Positions 50,626 to 62,269 of a stretch of DNA of 64,000 bases are shown piece after piece (position 1 is the stretch's first letter; the number at the start of each line of letters is the position of its first letter). The notes below the pieces were generated by a model. The model was not told where the DNA came from. It searched no databases and worked only from the letters and a program-made list of their open reading frames with translations. The position numbers and the translations under genes are program-made. Origin of the DNA: Clostridia bacterium (GTDB taxonomy: Bacteria; Bacillota; Clostridia; JAAYHZ01); contig JBMNIH010000010.1 of the NCBI GenBank assembly GCA_050950825.1, forward strand, positions 32,001 through 96,000. Reading direction: 5' to 3'.

Positions 50626-50841
50626 CTCCGTTTTTTATATTTATATTTTTATCTTTTCATATTATCGCAAGTAAACAGACGAAAAACTACAAAGGATTTG
50701 CTTTATTATTTGGCTCTATTTCCATAGACTTCAATTGCGAATTTAGCCTTTATTTTCCCTCACAATTCTTTTTGCATCCGTTCGAACTGCATCAATTATA
50801 CCACAGGAAATCAAAATTATAAAAGCTTTATTTTCAAAAAG

Positions 50842-50871
50842 GCATATTCCGACACACGGTTATCATACTTT
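50842..50871 (+). promoter_or_regulatory. Putative sigma-E promoter of yaaL-bofA
   Basis: GCATATT - 15 bp - CATACTTT. Confidence 0.55.
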
Positions 50872-50908
50872 TACATAGGATATCGAAAAAGAAAAGGAGG
50901 CGGCATTT

Positions 50909-51259
50909 ATGCGTATACCGCTGTTAAACAGAAAATCGATCCGTTCCATTGCTTTAAAGCATTTCCTTAGAAAATACGAAGCTCCGGCGTTACCCGATCC
51001 TAACAAAGATCCTCTTGACTTTTCCGATGAAGAGCTGTTAATTGCCATAAAAAACGCCAAAGAAGAAATGGACCAAGCCATGGAAAACTTTAATTACGCC
51101 GAATCCTTCGAAATCATCGATTGTTGTATTTATCGAATAAAAGCAAGCACGGAATATTACCAATACTTAATAAAAATCGCCAAGAAAAAAAATTTAGCCA
51201 CAACCTACATACCCTACCGGTTAAAAAAAAGCAAGGGAAAGGAGGAGAATAAGAATTGA
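50909..51259 (+). CDS. YaaL / DUF2508 family protein
   Basis: AKEEMDQAMENFNYA...IDCCIYRIKA...YQYLIKIAK; precedes bofA. Confidence 0.8.
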   Translation: MRIPLLNRKSIRSIALKHFLRKYEAPALPDPNKDPLDFSDEELLIAIKNAKEEMDQAMENFNYAESFEIIDCCIYRIKASTEYYQYLIKIAKKKNLATTYIPYRLKKSKGKEENKN

Positions 51260-51441
51260 AGAAAGTATTGAAATTTTTTCTGAACGTACTTTTTGGCGCC
51301 GTCTTTTTATTTTTCTTAAATAGATTCTGTGCAGGGTCTCGATTTACCCTTCCTTTGAACCTCTACACCGTCCTCTGTACGGGTATTTTCGGGGTTCCCG
51401 GCGTCATCCTATTAATATCCGTCAAGTACATTCTTCTGTAA
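51256..51441 (+). CDS. bofA: Pro-sigmaK processing inhibitor BofA family protein
   Basis: N..G...L..LN...LPLNLYT....GIFGVPGVILL pattern; TTG start after GGAGG. Confidence 0.82.
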   Translation: MKKVLKFFLNVLFGAVFLFFLNRFCAGSRFTLPLNLYTVLCTGIFGVPGVILLISVKYILL

Positions 51442-51608
51442 TCAATTTGTATACATAATACAAATTTTTTTCTCCTGAGTATTTTAAAACATTATGTTTT
51501 ATGTTATGATGTATGGTGGTAACAAGATACATACAGATTATGTCGTAATCCCTTACAACGACATCTTCATAATAACATATACAAAAATATTTAAAGGAGA
51601 AAAAGAAT

Positions 51609-54600
51609 ATGGGTAAAAAGATGCAGACAATGGATGGAAATACCGCTGCGGCTCACGTTGCGTATGCGTTTACGGAAGTTGCCGGTATATATCCGATTAC
51701 ACCTTCGTCCCCCATGGCTGAAAACATTGACGAGTGGTCAGCCAACGGTCGAAAAAACATATTCGGACAACCTGTCAAGGTCATCGAAATGCAGTCAGAA
51801 GCCGGTGCAGCCGGAGTCGTTCACGGTTCCTTACAAGCCGGTGCATTGACAACAACCTTCACAGCTTCCCAAGGGCTATTGTTAATGATTCCTAACATGT
51901 ATAAAATCGCCGGTGAATTATTGCCGGGCGTTTTCCATGTCAGTGCTCGTGCCGTAGCAACCCACGCGCTTTCCATTTTCGGAGATCATTCCGACGTAAT
52001 GGCTTGCCGTCAAACGGGATTTGCGCTCTTGGCATCGGGCGGAGTACAGGAAATTATGGACTTGGCCGGTGTTGCACACTTAAGTGCCATCAAAGGTCGC
52101 GTACCTTTCCTACATTTCTTCGACGGATTCCGCTCTTCTCACGAAGTTCAAAAAATCGAAGTACTGGATTACAACGATTTGAAAGAACTTACGGATATGG
52201 AAGCAATTAAGGAATTCCGCAAACGTGCTTTAAATCCCAACAAACCCGTTTTGAGAGGAACGGCTCAAAACCCGGACATTTTCTTCCAAGCAAGAGAATC
52301 CTCCAATACATATTACGCAAACATCCCTGCTGTCGTCGAAGAGTATATGGAAAAAATCAGCCTGCTCACCGGAAGAAAATACGGTTTGTTTAACTACTAC
52401 GGTGCACCCGATGCGGAAAGAGTCATCGTCGCAATGGGATCCGTCACCGAAACCATTCACGAAACCGTAGACTATTTACTTGCCAGAGGAGAAAAAGTGG
52501 GTGTATTGAAGGTTCACTTGTACAGACCCTTCTCCATCGAACATTTCTTGAAAGAAATGCCGAAAACCGTGAAGAAGATCGCCGTTTTAGACAGAACAAA
52601 GGAACCGGGCTCCATCGGAGAACCGCTGTACTTAGACGTTTGCACGGTATATAAGGACAAAGAAGATGTTCCTGTGATCGTCGGCGGAAGATACGGTTTA
52701 GGCTCGAAAGATACCACACCGGGACAAATCATCGCCGTATACGACAATTTGAAGAAAGACGAACCGAAGAACGGATTCACCATCGGCATCGTTGACGACG
52801 TAACCTATACATCGTTGCCGGTTTTCGAAGACGTGGACACAACTCCGGAAGGAACCATCAGCTGCAAGTTCTGGGGATTGGGCAGCGACGGTACCGTAGG
52901 AGCCAATAAAAATGCCATCAAAATTATCGGTGACAACACCGACATGTACGCGCAAGCTTACTTCTCCTACGACTCGAAGAAATCCGGCGGTATTACCGTA
53001 TCCCACTTAAGATTCGGAACGAAGCCCATCAAGTCCACCTATTTAATCAAGAAAGCGGACTTTTTGGCATGCCACAACCCGTCCTACGTATTTAAATACG
53101 ATATGCTCTCCGACCTTAAGAAGAACGGCACCTTCCTTCTGAACTGCGGATGGAACATGGAAGAATTGGAAGCCAACCTGCCGGCAAAAATGAAGCGTTA
53201 TTTGGCACAAAACAATATCAAGTTCTATATCATTGACGGCGTAAAGATTGCAAGAGAAATCGGATTGGGTAACAGAATCAACATGATTATGATGGCCGCC
53301 TTCTTCAAACTGGCTAACATCATCCCCATTGAAGATGCCGTCAAGCATATGGAAGATGCCATCGTTCATTCCTACAGCAAATTCGGCGATAAGGTCGTTA
53401 CCATGAACAAATTATCCGTTCAAAAGGGCATCGAATTGCTGCAGCGTGTTGAAGTTCCGGCTTCTTGGGCCGATGCTCAAGACGAAGAACCGAAAGACGA
53501 AGTCAAGAGAGATAAGTTCTTAACCGAATTCGTCGACGTAATCAATGCCCAAGAGGGTGACTCGCTGCCGGTAAGCGCATTTGTAGGCATCGAAGACGGA
53601 ACATTCCCGCAGGGATTGTCCAAGTTTGAAAAAAGAGGAATTGCTCCGGTGGTTCCGGAATGGATACCCGAAAACTGTATCCAATGCAACCAGTGCTCTT
53701 ACGTATGTCCTCATGCCGTTATTCGCCCGTTCCTTTTGAATAATGAAGAAGAAGCTAACAAGCCTGAAAGCTTTGAAACCCTCAAAGCCGTCGGAAAGGG
53801 CTTTGAAAACTATACCTTTAGAATTCAAGTTTCTTTGATGGACTGTGTCGGCTGCGGCAGCTGCGCAGACGTATGTCCCGCTAAGACGAAGGCGTTGGTT
53901 ATGAAAGAATTCGATACGCAGCATGTTCAAGCGAAGAATTGGGAATACGCAATGTCCTTGAGCAAGAAGCCCAATCCCATGAACAAGGCTACCGTCAAGG
54001 GTTCTCAGTTCGAAATGCCTTACTTGGAATTCTCCGGCGCATGCCCGGGCTGCGGCGAAACACCGTATTTGAAGCTGATTACCCAATTCTTTGGAAACAG
54101 AATGATGATCGCCAATGCGACAGGATGCTCCTCCATCTGGGGCGGAAGTGCTCCTTCCACACCGTTTGCCGTTGACAAGGACGGCAGAGGACCGGCTTGG
54201 GCAAACTCTCTGTTCGAAGATAACGCCGAATTCGGTTTGGGTATGTACTTCGGCGTAAAACAAATTCAAAACAAGATCCAAGAACTGTGCGAAGCGTTAA
54301 TGACGAAGAATGTGGACGATGCCGTTAAGGCCGCTTGCCAAAAATGGATCGACTCCCGTACCGACGGCGAAGCCTCTGAAATCGCTTCCGCCGAATTGGT
54401 AGCCGCACTGGAATCCATCGATACCGATGATGCCGAAACCAAAGCGTTGAAAGCCGAATTGTTGGAAAAGAAAGACTATATGGTCAAACGTTCCTTCTGG
54501 ATCGTCGGCGGCGACGGTTGGGCATACGACATCGGCTTCGGCGGATTGGACCATGTTCTTGCATCCGGAGAAGACGTAAACGTTCTTGTCTTTGACACCG

Positions 54601-55139
54601 AAGTTTACTCCAACACCGGCGGACAAGCCTCCAAGGCCACACCGACAGGAAGCGTTGCTCAATTTGCGGCGGCAGGAAAACCCGTGGGCAAGAAAGACTT
54701 AGGCCGAATCGCCATGTCCTACGGCTATGTATACGTTGCGCAAGTAGCGATGGGCGCAAACCAGAACCAATTGATCAAAGCCATTACGGAAGCGGAAAAA
54801 TACAACGGACCGTCTTTGATTATTGCTTACGCTCCTTGTATCAACCACGGTATTAAAGCCGGTATGGGTTGCTCGCAGGCCCAAGAAAAGAAAGCCGTAG
54901 AATCCGGTTACTGGTATCTGTACCGTTACAATCCGGAATTGCTCAAGGAAAACAAGAATCCGTTCGTTCTGGATTCCAAAGAACCGCGCTTGAGCTACCA
55001 AGACTTCTTGATGAGCGAGTCCCGTTATGCTCGTTTGGTGAAGGAATTCCCCGAAAGAGCAAAAGAGCTGTTCAAGAAATCCGAAGAGGATGCGAAGTTC
55101 CGTTACGAAGCTTACAAGAAGATGGCCGAACAGAATTAA
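51609..55139 (+). CDS. nifJ: Pyruvate:ferredoxin (flavodoxin) oxidoreductase
   Basis: YPITPS, GLGSDGTVGANK, two 4Fe-4S motifs (CIQCNQC, CVGCGSC), GACPGCGE, GGDGWAYDIG. Confidence 0.97.
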   Translation: MGKKMQTMDGNTAAAHVAYAFTEVAGIYPITPSSPMAENIDEWSANGRKNIFGQPVKVIEMQSEAGAAGVVHGSLQAGALTTTFTASQGLLLMIPNMYKIAGELLPGVFHVSARAVATHALSIFGDHSDVMACRQTGFALLASGGVQEIMDLAGVAHLSAIKGRVPFLHFFDGFRSSHEVQKIEVLDYNDLKELTDMEAIKEFRKRALNPNKPVLRGTAQNPDIFFQARESSNTYYANIPAVVEEYMEKISLLTGRKYGLFNYYGAPDAERVIVAMGSVTETIHETVDYLLARGEKVGVLKVHLYRPFSIEHFLKEMPKTVKKIAVLDRTKEPGSIGEPLYLDVCTVYKDKEDVPVIVGGRYGLGSKDTTPGQIIAVYDNLKKDEPKNGFTIGIVDDVTYTSLPVFEDVDTTPEGTISCKFWGLGSDGTVGANKNAIKIIGDNTDMYAQAYFSYDSKKSGGITVSHLRFGTKPIKSTYLIKKADFLACHNPSYVFKYDMLSDLKKNGTFLLNCGWNMEELEANLPAKMKRYLAQNNIKFYIIDGVKIAREIGLGNRINMIMMAAFFKLANIIPIEDAVKHMEDAIVHSYSKFGDKVVTMNKLSVQKGIELLQRVEVPASWADAQDEEPKDEVKRDKFLTEFVDVINAQEGDSLPVSAFVGIEDGTFPQGLSKFEKRGIAPVVPEWIPENCIQCNQCSYVCPHAVIRPFLLNNEEEANKPESFETLKAVGKGFENYTFRIQVSLMDCVGCGSCADVCPAKTKALVMKEFDTQHVQAKNWEYAMSLSKKPNPMNKATVKGSQFEMPYLEFSGACPGCGETPYLKLITQFFGNRMMIANATGCSSIWGGSAPSTPFAVDKDGRGPAWANSLFEDNAEFGLGMYFGVKQIQNKIQELCEALMTKNVDDAVKAACQKWIDSRTDGEASEIASAELVAALESIDTDDAETKALKAELLEKKDYMVKRSFWIVGGDGWAYDIGFGGLDHVLASGEDVNVLVFDTEVYSNTGGQASKATPTGSVAQFAAAGKPVGKKDLGRIAMSYGYVYVAQVAMGANQNQLIKAITEAEKYNGPSLIIAYAPCINHGIKAGMGCSQAQEKKAVESGYWYLYRYNPELLKENKNPFVLDSKEPRLSYQDFLMSESRYARLVKEFPERAKELFKKSEEDAKFRYEAYKKMAEQN

Positions 55140-55166
55140 CAAAAAGATCGGTTAGCAATTATAATA

Positions 55167-55201
55167 GGCTCCCTTTGCAAGGCAAAGGGAGCTTTGTTTT
55201 T
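55167..55201 (+). terminator. Intrinsic terminator after PFOR
   Basis: GGCTCCCTTTGC / GCAAAGGGAGCT followed by a T tract. Confidence 0.85.
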
Positions 55202-55272
55202 AATCATAATAATATTTCCATAGGTATGTCCTTCTTTAGGTTTCATTTTGCAGTCTGTTTTTCACAATTGAA

Positions 55273-55300
55273 CATAATCCCTTATCCTTCTTCATATATT
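55273..55300 (+). promoter_or_regulatory. Putative mother-cell (sigma-E/K) promoter of the cotS-like gene
   Basis: CATA - 16 bp - CATATATT. Confidence 0.5.
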
Positions 55301-55337
55301 GAATTAGCTGTACTACATAGGCGGAGGGATATAACAT

Positions 55338-56318
55338 ATGGAAATAGAGAAAATGATTGAAGAAAATTACGATATCAAAGTATCTTCCTATATACCATAT
55401 CGGGACGGATTCATTATTAATGCACAGGACAAGCAAAAATATTTTTTAAAATCCGTTCCTTTTTCCGAAGAACGCCTGCTTTTTATTGACGGCTTGAAAA
55501 AATACTTAAACCGAAACGGTTTTCATAATACAGACGGATACATAACCACAAAACAGGGGTCTATCGGCGTTCCTGACGACCCCACTCGTTACGTGCTTTC
55601 CGAATTTATACCCGGAAGAGAATGCGACTTTTTTGACAGCCAAGACATAACGGCCGCCGCGTATTTATTGGCCGAATTCCATAATGCATCGGAAGGATAT
55701 GTACAACCCGGCAATGCCTATATGCAAAACTATTTGGGCTTGACTCCCAAGTGGTATGCAAAGAAAATCAAAGAATTCAAGCGGATTAAAAATCGAGCAT
55801 CCGATCGAAAGACCATGTTTGACTCGCTTCTCATGGAGAATGCAGATTATTTTTTGGATCGAAGCGAAACGGCTTTGGCAAAGCTGAAGCAATCCCGGTA
55901 CGGGGAATTGGTCAAAAAAGCACAAGAGCGTCACCCTGTCTGCCATAACGATTTTTCGTACTACAGCATTTTATGCTCCGATAAAGGCATGTATCTGATC
56001 AACTTCGATTCCTGCCGTTACGAATTATGCATCTTTGATTTGGCGGACTTTTTGGTAAGAAGAATGCGAAAATGCAATTGGGACATAAGCGAAGCCAAAA
56101 GGATATTGAAGATATACGACAGCGTGCGTCCCCTATCCGATGACGAGCTTCAACTGCTGAAGATCATTATTACGTTTCCGGAAAAGCTATGCAAAACCGT
56201 GAACCGATACTACAATAGCAAAAGAACCAAGGCGAAAAGCGGATATTTTTTAAAATTGCAAGAAATCGTCGATGAAATCCCATTTTACGAAAAGTTTATG
56301 GAGCGTTTTTCATTTTGA
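55338..56318 (+). CDS. CotS-family spore coat protein (kinase-like fold)
   Basis: GRECDF, LAEFHNAS, CHND, INFD, DLADFL motifs. Confidence 0.85.
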   Translation: MEIEKMIEENYDIKVSSYIPYRDGFIINAQDKQKYFLKSVPFSEERLLFIDGLKKYLNRNGFHNTDGYITTKQGSIGVPDDPTRYVLSEFIPGRECDFFDSQDITAAAYLLAEFHNASEGYVQPGNAYMQNYLGLTPKWYAKKIKEFKRIKNRASDRKTMFDSLLMENADYFLDRSETALAKLKQSRYGELVKKAQERHPVCHNDFSYYSILCSDKGMYLINFDSCRYELCIFDLADFLVRRMRKCNWDISEAKRILKIYDSVRPLSDDELQLLKIIITFPEKLCKTVNRYYNSKRTKAKSGYFLKLQEIVDEIPFYEKFMERFSF

Positions 56319-57617
56319 CACGGCAATGTCGTTGTATTTCTTTTTGTTTAAGTATAAATAAAGGATCAACAAGCTGTTAGCGATAAAGCTGACGATAAAG
56401 ACCAATCGGATTTGGCTGTCGGGAAAAATATCTCCCGAGAATACGGGCATATTCACTCGAAGAAGATTTCCCACAAGGGGTCCGAGAATGCATCCCAATC
56501 CTACAAACATATTGTAAAAGCCTTCGTATACGGACTTTTGCATGGAAGGCATACTGTTGAATCTTAAGTTTAATGTGGACAGCACCAGCCCGCTGTTGGC
56601 GATTCCGGAAAAAGCATGGGATACAAACAGCATCCATATGGCGTTCTTCGTAACGAAGGACCAGCTGATGTACTCCAGGCTGAAGCAGACCAAACATCCG
56701 ATAAAGACCGCATACCATCCTTTTTTTATGCCCATCCTTCCCCAAAGAGGCGAAACCAGTCCTTGGACAATCATTCGAAAGGAGAATAAAACGGAATAGA
56801 GCATATAGGAGATCTCGATGTACTTAAGCATAAAGATGTTGCGGAAGGAATAGCACAACCACGCAATGAAGAAAAAGACCGCAATATAGAACGTCAGGTT
56901 ACGAAAGGTTTTGGATCGAAGAGGAATGGTTATCAAATCGGAAAACTTGGTCTTTTCCTCCGCCAATTTGTATTCCACGTCGGTTATTTTTCGCAATTGA
57001 TAATACTGCACCAAAGCAAAGACAAAGCAAAGGCTATAGATGATTAAGAAGCCGGCATAGCCTCGATTGAAAAAGTCCAGGACCAAGCCCAAGGTGAATA
57101 CTACGATACAAGTAATGATTTTATCCAATATTTCTCTTTTGGCAAAATATTCTCCTCGGTGCTCCAAAGGAACGATTTCCATCACCCATACGTTGGTTCC
57201 GGCCGTCACCATTCCGTACAAGATAATGCCGATAACCGTAACAAACAACAGAATAAAACCTGCCACGGCACCTTTTGCAAATAGCGGGATCAGTACCAAA
57301 CCGCATAATAAAATATACCCGATGATCTGCATAAGGCAGATAACGCTTCGTCTTCGGGACAACCGTTCGAAAATCAAGGGGGACAAAAACATCGGCAAAA
57401 AGCTGTACACGTTCATGGATGAGATGATACTGGACAAGGTGTCACCCGCTCCGACGAAAATGGCAAAACCGGATAAATAAACGGAAACCGCCACCGTGCT
57501 GGCGGTAAGTCCGCCGGTATTGGCAATGTAGAATCGGGTCATATCTTCTTTCGTCTTATCGCCAATACCGATATAGTTTCTATAAAACACGAAAAAGTCC
57601 CTTAATTTTTTAAACAT
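56310..57617 (-). CDS. MFS transporter
   Basis: About 12 TM helices, VPLEHRGEYFA, GPLVG. Confidence 0.85.
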   Translation of the reverse strand: MFKKLRDFFVFYRNYIGIGDKTKEDMTRFYIANTGGLTASTVAVSVYLSGFAIFVGAGDTLSSIISSMNVYSFLPMFLSPLIFERLSRRRSVICLMQIIGYILLCGLVLIPLFAKGAVAGFILLFVTVIGIILYGMVTAGTNVWVMEIVPLEHRGEYFAKREILDKIITCIVVFTLGLVLDFFNRGYAGFLIIYSLCFVFALVQYYQLRKITDVEYKLAEEKTKFSDLITIPLRSKTFRNLTFYIAVFFFIAWLCYSFRNIFMLKYIEISYMLYSVLFSFRMIVQGLVSPLWGRMGIKKGWYAVFIGCLVCFSLEYISWSFVTKNAIWMLFVSHAFSGIANSGLVLSTLNLRFNSMPSMQKSVYEGFYNMFVGLGCILGPLVGNLLRVNMPVFSGDIFPDSQIRLVFIVSFIANSLLILYLYLNKKKYNDIAVSK

Positions 57618-57672
57618 TGTTCCCCTTTTTCTTTGTCAAACAAATAAACAACAGATGAATTTATAAATTTCG

Positions 57673-59343
57673 TTAAAACAGCCCGGTAAAAGATCCGTCA
57701 TTGAGGATATCCATATTCTCTGCCGCCGGTTTTTTCGGCAATCCCGGCATAATCATAATGTTTCCCGTAATAACGACGATAAACCCCGCTCCGGCGGAAA
57801 GCTTCACTTCCCTTACGGTTATATCAAAGCCTTCGGGTCGGCCGATTAATTCCGGATCATCGGACAAGGAATATTGGGTTTTCGCCATGCAAACGGGAAG
57901 AGAACCCATATTCATTTTTTCAATTTGTTCGATTTCCTTTTCCGCCGACTTGGTATAGCTGACACCGGCGCCACCGTAGATCTCGGTTACAATTTTATGA
58001 ATCTTCTCTTTGATCGGAAGATTGACGTCATACAAAGGCTTAAAGCTCGTAGGTTCTTTATCCAACAAGTCAAGGAGCACCCGAACCAATTCCGTACCGC
58101 CATTTCCGCCTTGGGTATAAACGTCGGATACGGCCGCTTCCACGCCGTTTTGCCTGCATAAATCGCGCACGGTATCCAACTCTTCCGGAGTGTCGGTTTC
58201 AAACCGATTGATGGCCACCATAACCGGAACACCGAATTTTTTGATGTTTTCAATATGCTTTTGCAGGTTGCAAAAGCCTTTTTTCACGCTTTCTACGTCT
58301 TCTTTGGAAAGGTTCTCCTTCGCTACTCCGCCGTTGTATTTCAATGCCCGAACCGTTGCTACGATAACCGCCGCATCCGGTTTCAGATTTGCATACCTGC
58401 ATTTGATGTCCATAAACTTTTCCGCTCCGAGATCCGCACCGAAACCGGCTTCCGTAACTACATAATCCGCCAATTTCAATCCCAAACGGGTAGCCACCAC
58501 GCTGTTGCAGCCGTGGGCGATATTGGCAAAAGGACCTCCGTGTATAAAGGCGGGCGTGTGCTCCAAGGTTTGCACCAAATTCGGTTTGACGGCATCCTTC
58601 AGAAGGAGAGCTACGGCTCCTTGTATTTTCAAATCACCTACCGTAATCGGTTCCCCTGTCACGGAATAGGCGACAACGATTCTCTTGACTCTTTCCTTCA
58701 AGTCCTCAATATCTTCGCTTAAGCATAATATGGCCATAATTTCAGAGGCGACGGTCATAATAAAGCCGTCTTCTCGGGGAACACCGTTGATTTTTCCTCC
58801 CAACCCTATCACAATCTGCCGTAAGGCTCTGTCGTTCATATCCATGGATCTTTTCCAAAGGATTTGGGCGGGATGAATATTCAGACTGTTTCCTTGATGA
58901 ATGTGATTGTCGATACAGGCACTGATCAAATTGTTGGCGGCGGTAACGGCATGAATGTCCCCGGTAAAATGAAGATTGATGTCCTCCATCGGTACAACCT
59001 GGGAATATCCTCCCCCTGCGGCACCGCCCTTCATTCCCATAACCGGTCCTAAGGAGGGCTCCCGAAGACATACGATCGCCTTTTTCCCGGCCTTGCACAA
59101 GGCTTGGCCCAACCCGATGGTAACGGTGGTTTTCCCTTCTCCGGCAGGAGTGGGGTTGATGGCGGTAACCAAGATCAGCTTGCCGTTCTTTCTTTCCTTT
59201 AAGGATTTGAGTGATTCCAATGAAATTTTCGCTTTGTATTTTCCGTATAATTCCACGTGTTCTTCCGGAATACCGAGATCGGCTGCTATGTCCAAGATGG
59301 GTTTCATTTCACAATTTGCGGCTATATCAATATCACGTAACAT
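57673..59343 (-). CDS. fhs: Formate--tetrahydrofolate ligase
   Basis: [42 protein letters not shown]. Confidence 0.97.
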   Translation of the reverse strand: MLRDIDIAANCEMKPILDIAADLGIPEEHVELYGKYKAKISLESLKSLKERKNGKLILVTAINPTPAGEGKTTVTIGLGQALCKAGKKAIVCLREPSLGPVMGMKGGAAGGGYSQVVPMEDINLHFTGDIHAVTAANNLISACIDNHIHQGNSLNIHPAQILWKRSMDMNDRALRQIVIGLGGKINGVPREDGFIMTVASEIMAILCLSEDIEDLKERVKRIVVAYSVTGEPITVGDLKIQGAVALLLKDAVKPNLVQTLEHTPAFIHGGPFANIAHGCNSVVATRLGLKLADYVVTEAGFGADLGAEKFMDIKCRYANLKPDAAVIVATVRALKYNGGVAKENLSKEDVESVKKGFCNLQKHIENIKKFGVPVMVAINRFETDTPEELDTVRDLCRQNGVEAAVSDVYTQGGNGGTELVRVLLDLLDKEPTSFKPLYDVNLPIKEKIHKIVTEIYGGAGVSYTKSAEKEIEQIEKMNMGSLPVCMAKTQYSLSDDPELIGRPEGFDITVREVKLSAGAGFIVVITGNIMIMPGLPKKPAAENMDILNDGSFTGLF

Positions 59344-59428
59344 ACTCTTCCCCTTTGCTTGATTGTTCCGTTTGTAAAACAGTTGAGTAGATTATATCTA
59401 TAACCGTACTATTATTCAATAGGATAAA

Positions 59429-59469
59429 AAGTCCGGCAAACAAAATCAAAGATTTTATCGGCCGGACTT
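59429..59469 (-). terminator. Probable terminator after gcvPB
   Basis: AAGTCCGGC / GCCGGACTT stem, T tract on the minus strand. Confidence 0.55.
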
Positions 59470-59489
59470 GGCTTTGTTAATCTCAAGAT

Positions 59490-60929
59490 TTACGGTTCGT
59501 ACTTGATGATCGGATTTCTTGCTGCTGTGACTTCGTCCAACCGCTTCACCGATTTCGTGTGAGGCGCGGTTTTCAGTTGATCCGGATCATGCAAGCCTTC
59601 TTCTAATATTTGCTTCATCGTTTGGCAGAAACGGTCCAACGTTTCTTTGCTTTCGGTTTCCGTAGGCTCGATCATCAAGGCCTCAGGCACAATGGCGGGG
59701 AAATACATGGTAGGAGGATGAATGCCGAAGTCAATCAACCGCTTTGCGGCGTCTCTTGCGGTTACCCCTTTATCGAGCAGCGTGTCGAAGGAAACGATAA
59801 ATTCGTGCATTATCCCTTTGTTATACGGAATCTTTAAAAATTCTCCCAGCTTCTTCGCGGCGTAATTGGCGTTTAAAACCGCATTCTTCGCCACCTGAAC
59901 CAAGCCTTCCTGACCCATCGTGAGAATGTAGCAGTAGGCTTTTACCTGCACACCGAAATTTCCGTAGAAAGAATGAATTTTTCCGATGGATGAAGGCAAA
60001 TCGTATTCCAAGTAATAGCGTTCCTTGTCCTTCCTTACCACGGGAACGGGCAAGTAGTCGGCAAGATGCTTTTTAACGCCGATAGGCCCTGCTCCGGGGC
60101 CGCCTCCTCCGTGGGGCGTGGAGAAGGTTTTGTGGAGGTTAAAGTGTACCAAATCAAATCCCATATCCCCCGCTCGGGCGATACCCACAATGGCGTTGGC
60201 GTTGGCACCGTCGTAGTACAAAAGGCCGTTTACGCCGTGAATCAAATCGGCAATCTCTTCGATATTTTCCTCAAATACCCCTACGGTATTCGGATTGGTC
60301 AGCATTAAGCCGGCCACCTTGTCGTTAATCATGGCTTTTAATTGCTCCATATCCGTCAGGCCTTTTTCATTGCTGGGAACGGTTTGTACTTCAAAACCGG
60401 CCAAAGCCGCCGAAGCCGGATTGGTTCCGTGGGAGGAATCCGGTACCAATATAATGTTTTTATGCCCTAGACCGTGATCATCCAAATATTTTCTCATGAT
60501 CATCAGGCCGGTGATTTCTCCTTGGGCTCCCGCCGCCGGCTGCAGAGAAAAAGCATCCATGCCGGCAATCTCGCATAAAAGCGCCTCCAACCGATACATC
60601 AGCTCCAAGCACCCTTGCACCGTTTCCTCCGGCTGCAACGGGTGGACCGAAGAAAAGCCCGGCAATGCCGCCATTTCCTCGTTGATCTTCGGATTGTATT
60701 TCATAGTGCAAGATCCTAATGGATAAAAGTTTGCGTCCACACCGAAATTTTTCATGGAAAGATTCGTGTAATGGCGAATAATGTCCGGTTCGCTTACTTC
60801 CGGAAGCTCCGCCGGTTTTTTGCGAAGATATTTTTCAGGAAGATGCTCCATATAGTCCGGCGTGTCACACTCCGGCAAAGAAACGGCTTTTCTTCCCGGC
60901 ATTCCAAGTTCAAAAATCGTCTTCGTCAT
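59490..60929 (-). CDS. gcvPB: Glycine dehydrogenase (decarboxylating) subunit 2
   Basis: YPLGSCTMKYNP, NLHKTFSTPHGGGGPG PLP lysine motif. Confidence 0.97.
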   Translation of the reverse strand: MTKTIFELGMPGRKAVSLPECDTPDYMEHLPEKYLRKKPAELPEVSEPDIIRHYTNLSMKNFGVDANFYPLGSCTMKYNPKINEEMAALPGFSSVHPLQPEETVQGCLELMYRLEALLCEIAGMDAFSLQPAAGAQGEITGLMIMRKYLDDHGLGHKNIILVPDSSHGTNPASAALAGFEVQTVPSNEKGLTDMEQLKAMINDKVAGLMLTNPNTVGVFEENIEEIADLIHGVNGLLYYDGANANAIVGIARAGDMGFDLVHFNLHKTFSTPHGGGGPGAGPIGVKKHLADYLPVPVVRKDKERYYLEYDLPSSIGKIHSFYGNFGVQVKAYCYILTMGQEGLVQVAKNAVLNANYAAKKLGEFLKIPYNKGIMHEFIVSFDTLLDKGVTARDAAKRLIDFGIHPPTMYFPAIVPEALMIEPTETESKETLDRFCQTMKQILEEGLHDPDQLKTAPHTKSVKRLDEVTAARNPIIKYEP

Positions 60930-62269
60930 ACAAAATCACCTGCCATTTCCAATACCCGATCCATTTCTTCTTTGGTCCTTTTCTCGGTTACGGCAATCAA
61001 CAAGTCGTTTTCCATATCGGGAAATTCGTCTTTGAGACTGTGCCCGAAAAGAATATTCCTTTCCAGAAATGCTTTTTGAAGCTTTCCGGGATCCGTTCCG
61101 GCATCCAACACAAACTCGTTAAAGAAAGGCGTTTGGAACCGCTCTTTGAAAAGGCCGGTTTTTATTAATCCCTCATACAAGTATCGGGCTTTATTGAAGC
61201 TTAAGCGCGCAACCTCCCGAATCCCCTCCTTCCCTAAAGCGGCCAAATACACCGCTGCCGCCAAGGCGTTCAGGGCTTGGTTGGAGCAGATGTTGGAGGT
61301 TGCCTTTTCTCTTCGTATATGCTGTTCTCGGGCTTGCATGGTTAAAACATATCCGGTTTTTCCTTCCGCATCCTTGGTTTGACCCACAATCCTTCCCGGC
61401 ATCCTTCGGATGAAGGCTTTGGATACGGCCATAAATCCAAGGTAAGGACCGCCGAAGGACAAGGCATTTCCTAATTCTTGGCCTTCACCCGTGACGATAT
61501 CGGCTTCGTATTCACCGGGAGGCTGCAGTATGCCTAACGAAATCGGGTTCACCGAAACAATCAAATGCAGGTTGTTTTTCTTGGCGAATTCCGATACATA
61601 AGTCATGTCCTCCAAGCATCCGAAATAGTTGGGGTTTTGGATAATCAAGCATCCGCTTTCGGCCAGATCCTCTTTCGACACGGATTCCAAGTCGGTTATG
61701 CCGTTTACTTGAGGAACTACCGAAAGTTTAATGTGTTTATACCTTACATACGTGTCAAGAACCTTTTTGTACCGGGGATTCAAGCATCCGCTGACAAGTA
61801 TGCATCCTTTCTTCTTAACAAGGTTTGACAGTGTAACCGCTTCCGCTAAAGCCGAACCTCCGTCGTACAAAGATGCGTTGGATCCCTCCATGCCGGTTAA
61901 GCTGCATATCATGGACTGGTATTCGAATATGGCCTGAAGCCATCCTTGGCTGGCTTCCCCTTGGTAAGGCGTATAGGCGGTATAGAATTCTTGTCTTCGA
62001 AGAATCGCCTTTACAACGGCAGGGATATAGCGGTCATACGCCCCGGCTCCTATAAAGCAAATAAAATCTTCCGTATTTTTGTTTTTGCCGGCTAAAGAAC
62101 GAAGCGTTCTTTCCAAATCCGGATCCGATAAACCCTTCGGAAGGTTCATTCGGTTTTTGCTCTTAATGGAATCGGGAATACAATCAAACAACCGGTCTAC
62201 ACTATCGATCCCCAAAGCGGAAAGCATTTCTTTTGCTTGAGTCGGTGTATTCGGAATATATTTATTCAT
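60926..62269 (-). CDS. gcvPA: Glycine dehydrogenase (decarboxylating) subunit 1
   Basis: FYTAYTPYQ, FGGPYLG, REQHIRREKATSNICSNQ. Confidence 0.97.
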   Translation of the reverse strand: MNKYIPNTPTQAKEMLSALGIDSVDRLFDCIPDSIKSKNRMNLPKGLSDPDLERTLRSLAGKNKNTEDFICFIGAGAYDRYIPAVVKAILRRQEFYTAYTPYQGEASQGWLQAIFEYQSMICSLTGMEGSNASLYDGGSALAEAVTLSNLVKKKGCILVSGCLNPRYKKVLDTYVRYKHIKLSVVPQVNGITDLESVSKEDLAESGCLIIQNPNYFGCLEDMTYVSEFAKKNNLHLIVSVNPISLGILQPPGEYEADIVTGEGQELGNALSFGGPYLGFMAVSKAFIRRMPGRIVGQTKDAEGKTGYVLTMQAREQHIRREKATSNICSNQALNALAAAVYLAALGKEGIREVARLSFNKARYLYEGLIKTGLFKERFQTPFFNEFVLDAGTDPGKLQKAFLERNILFGHSLKDEFPDMENDLLIAVTEKRTKEEMDRVLEMAGDFV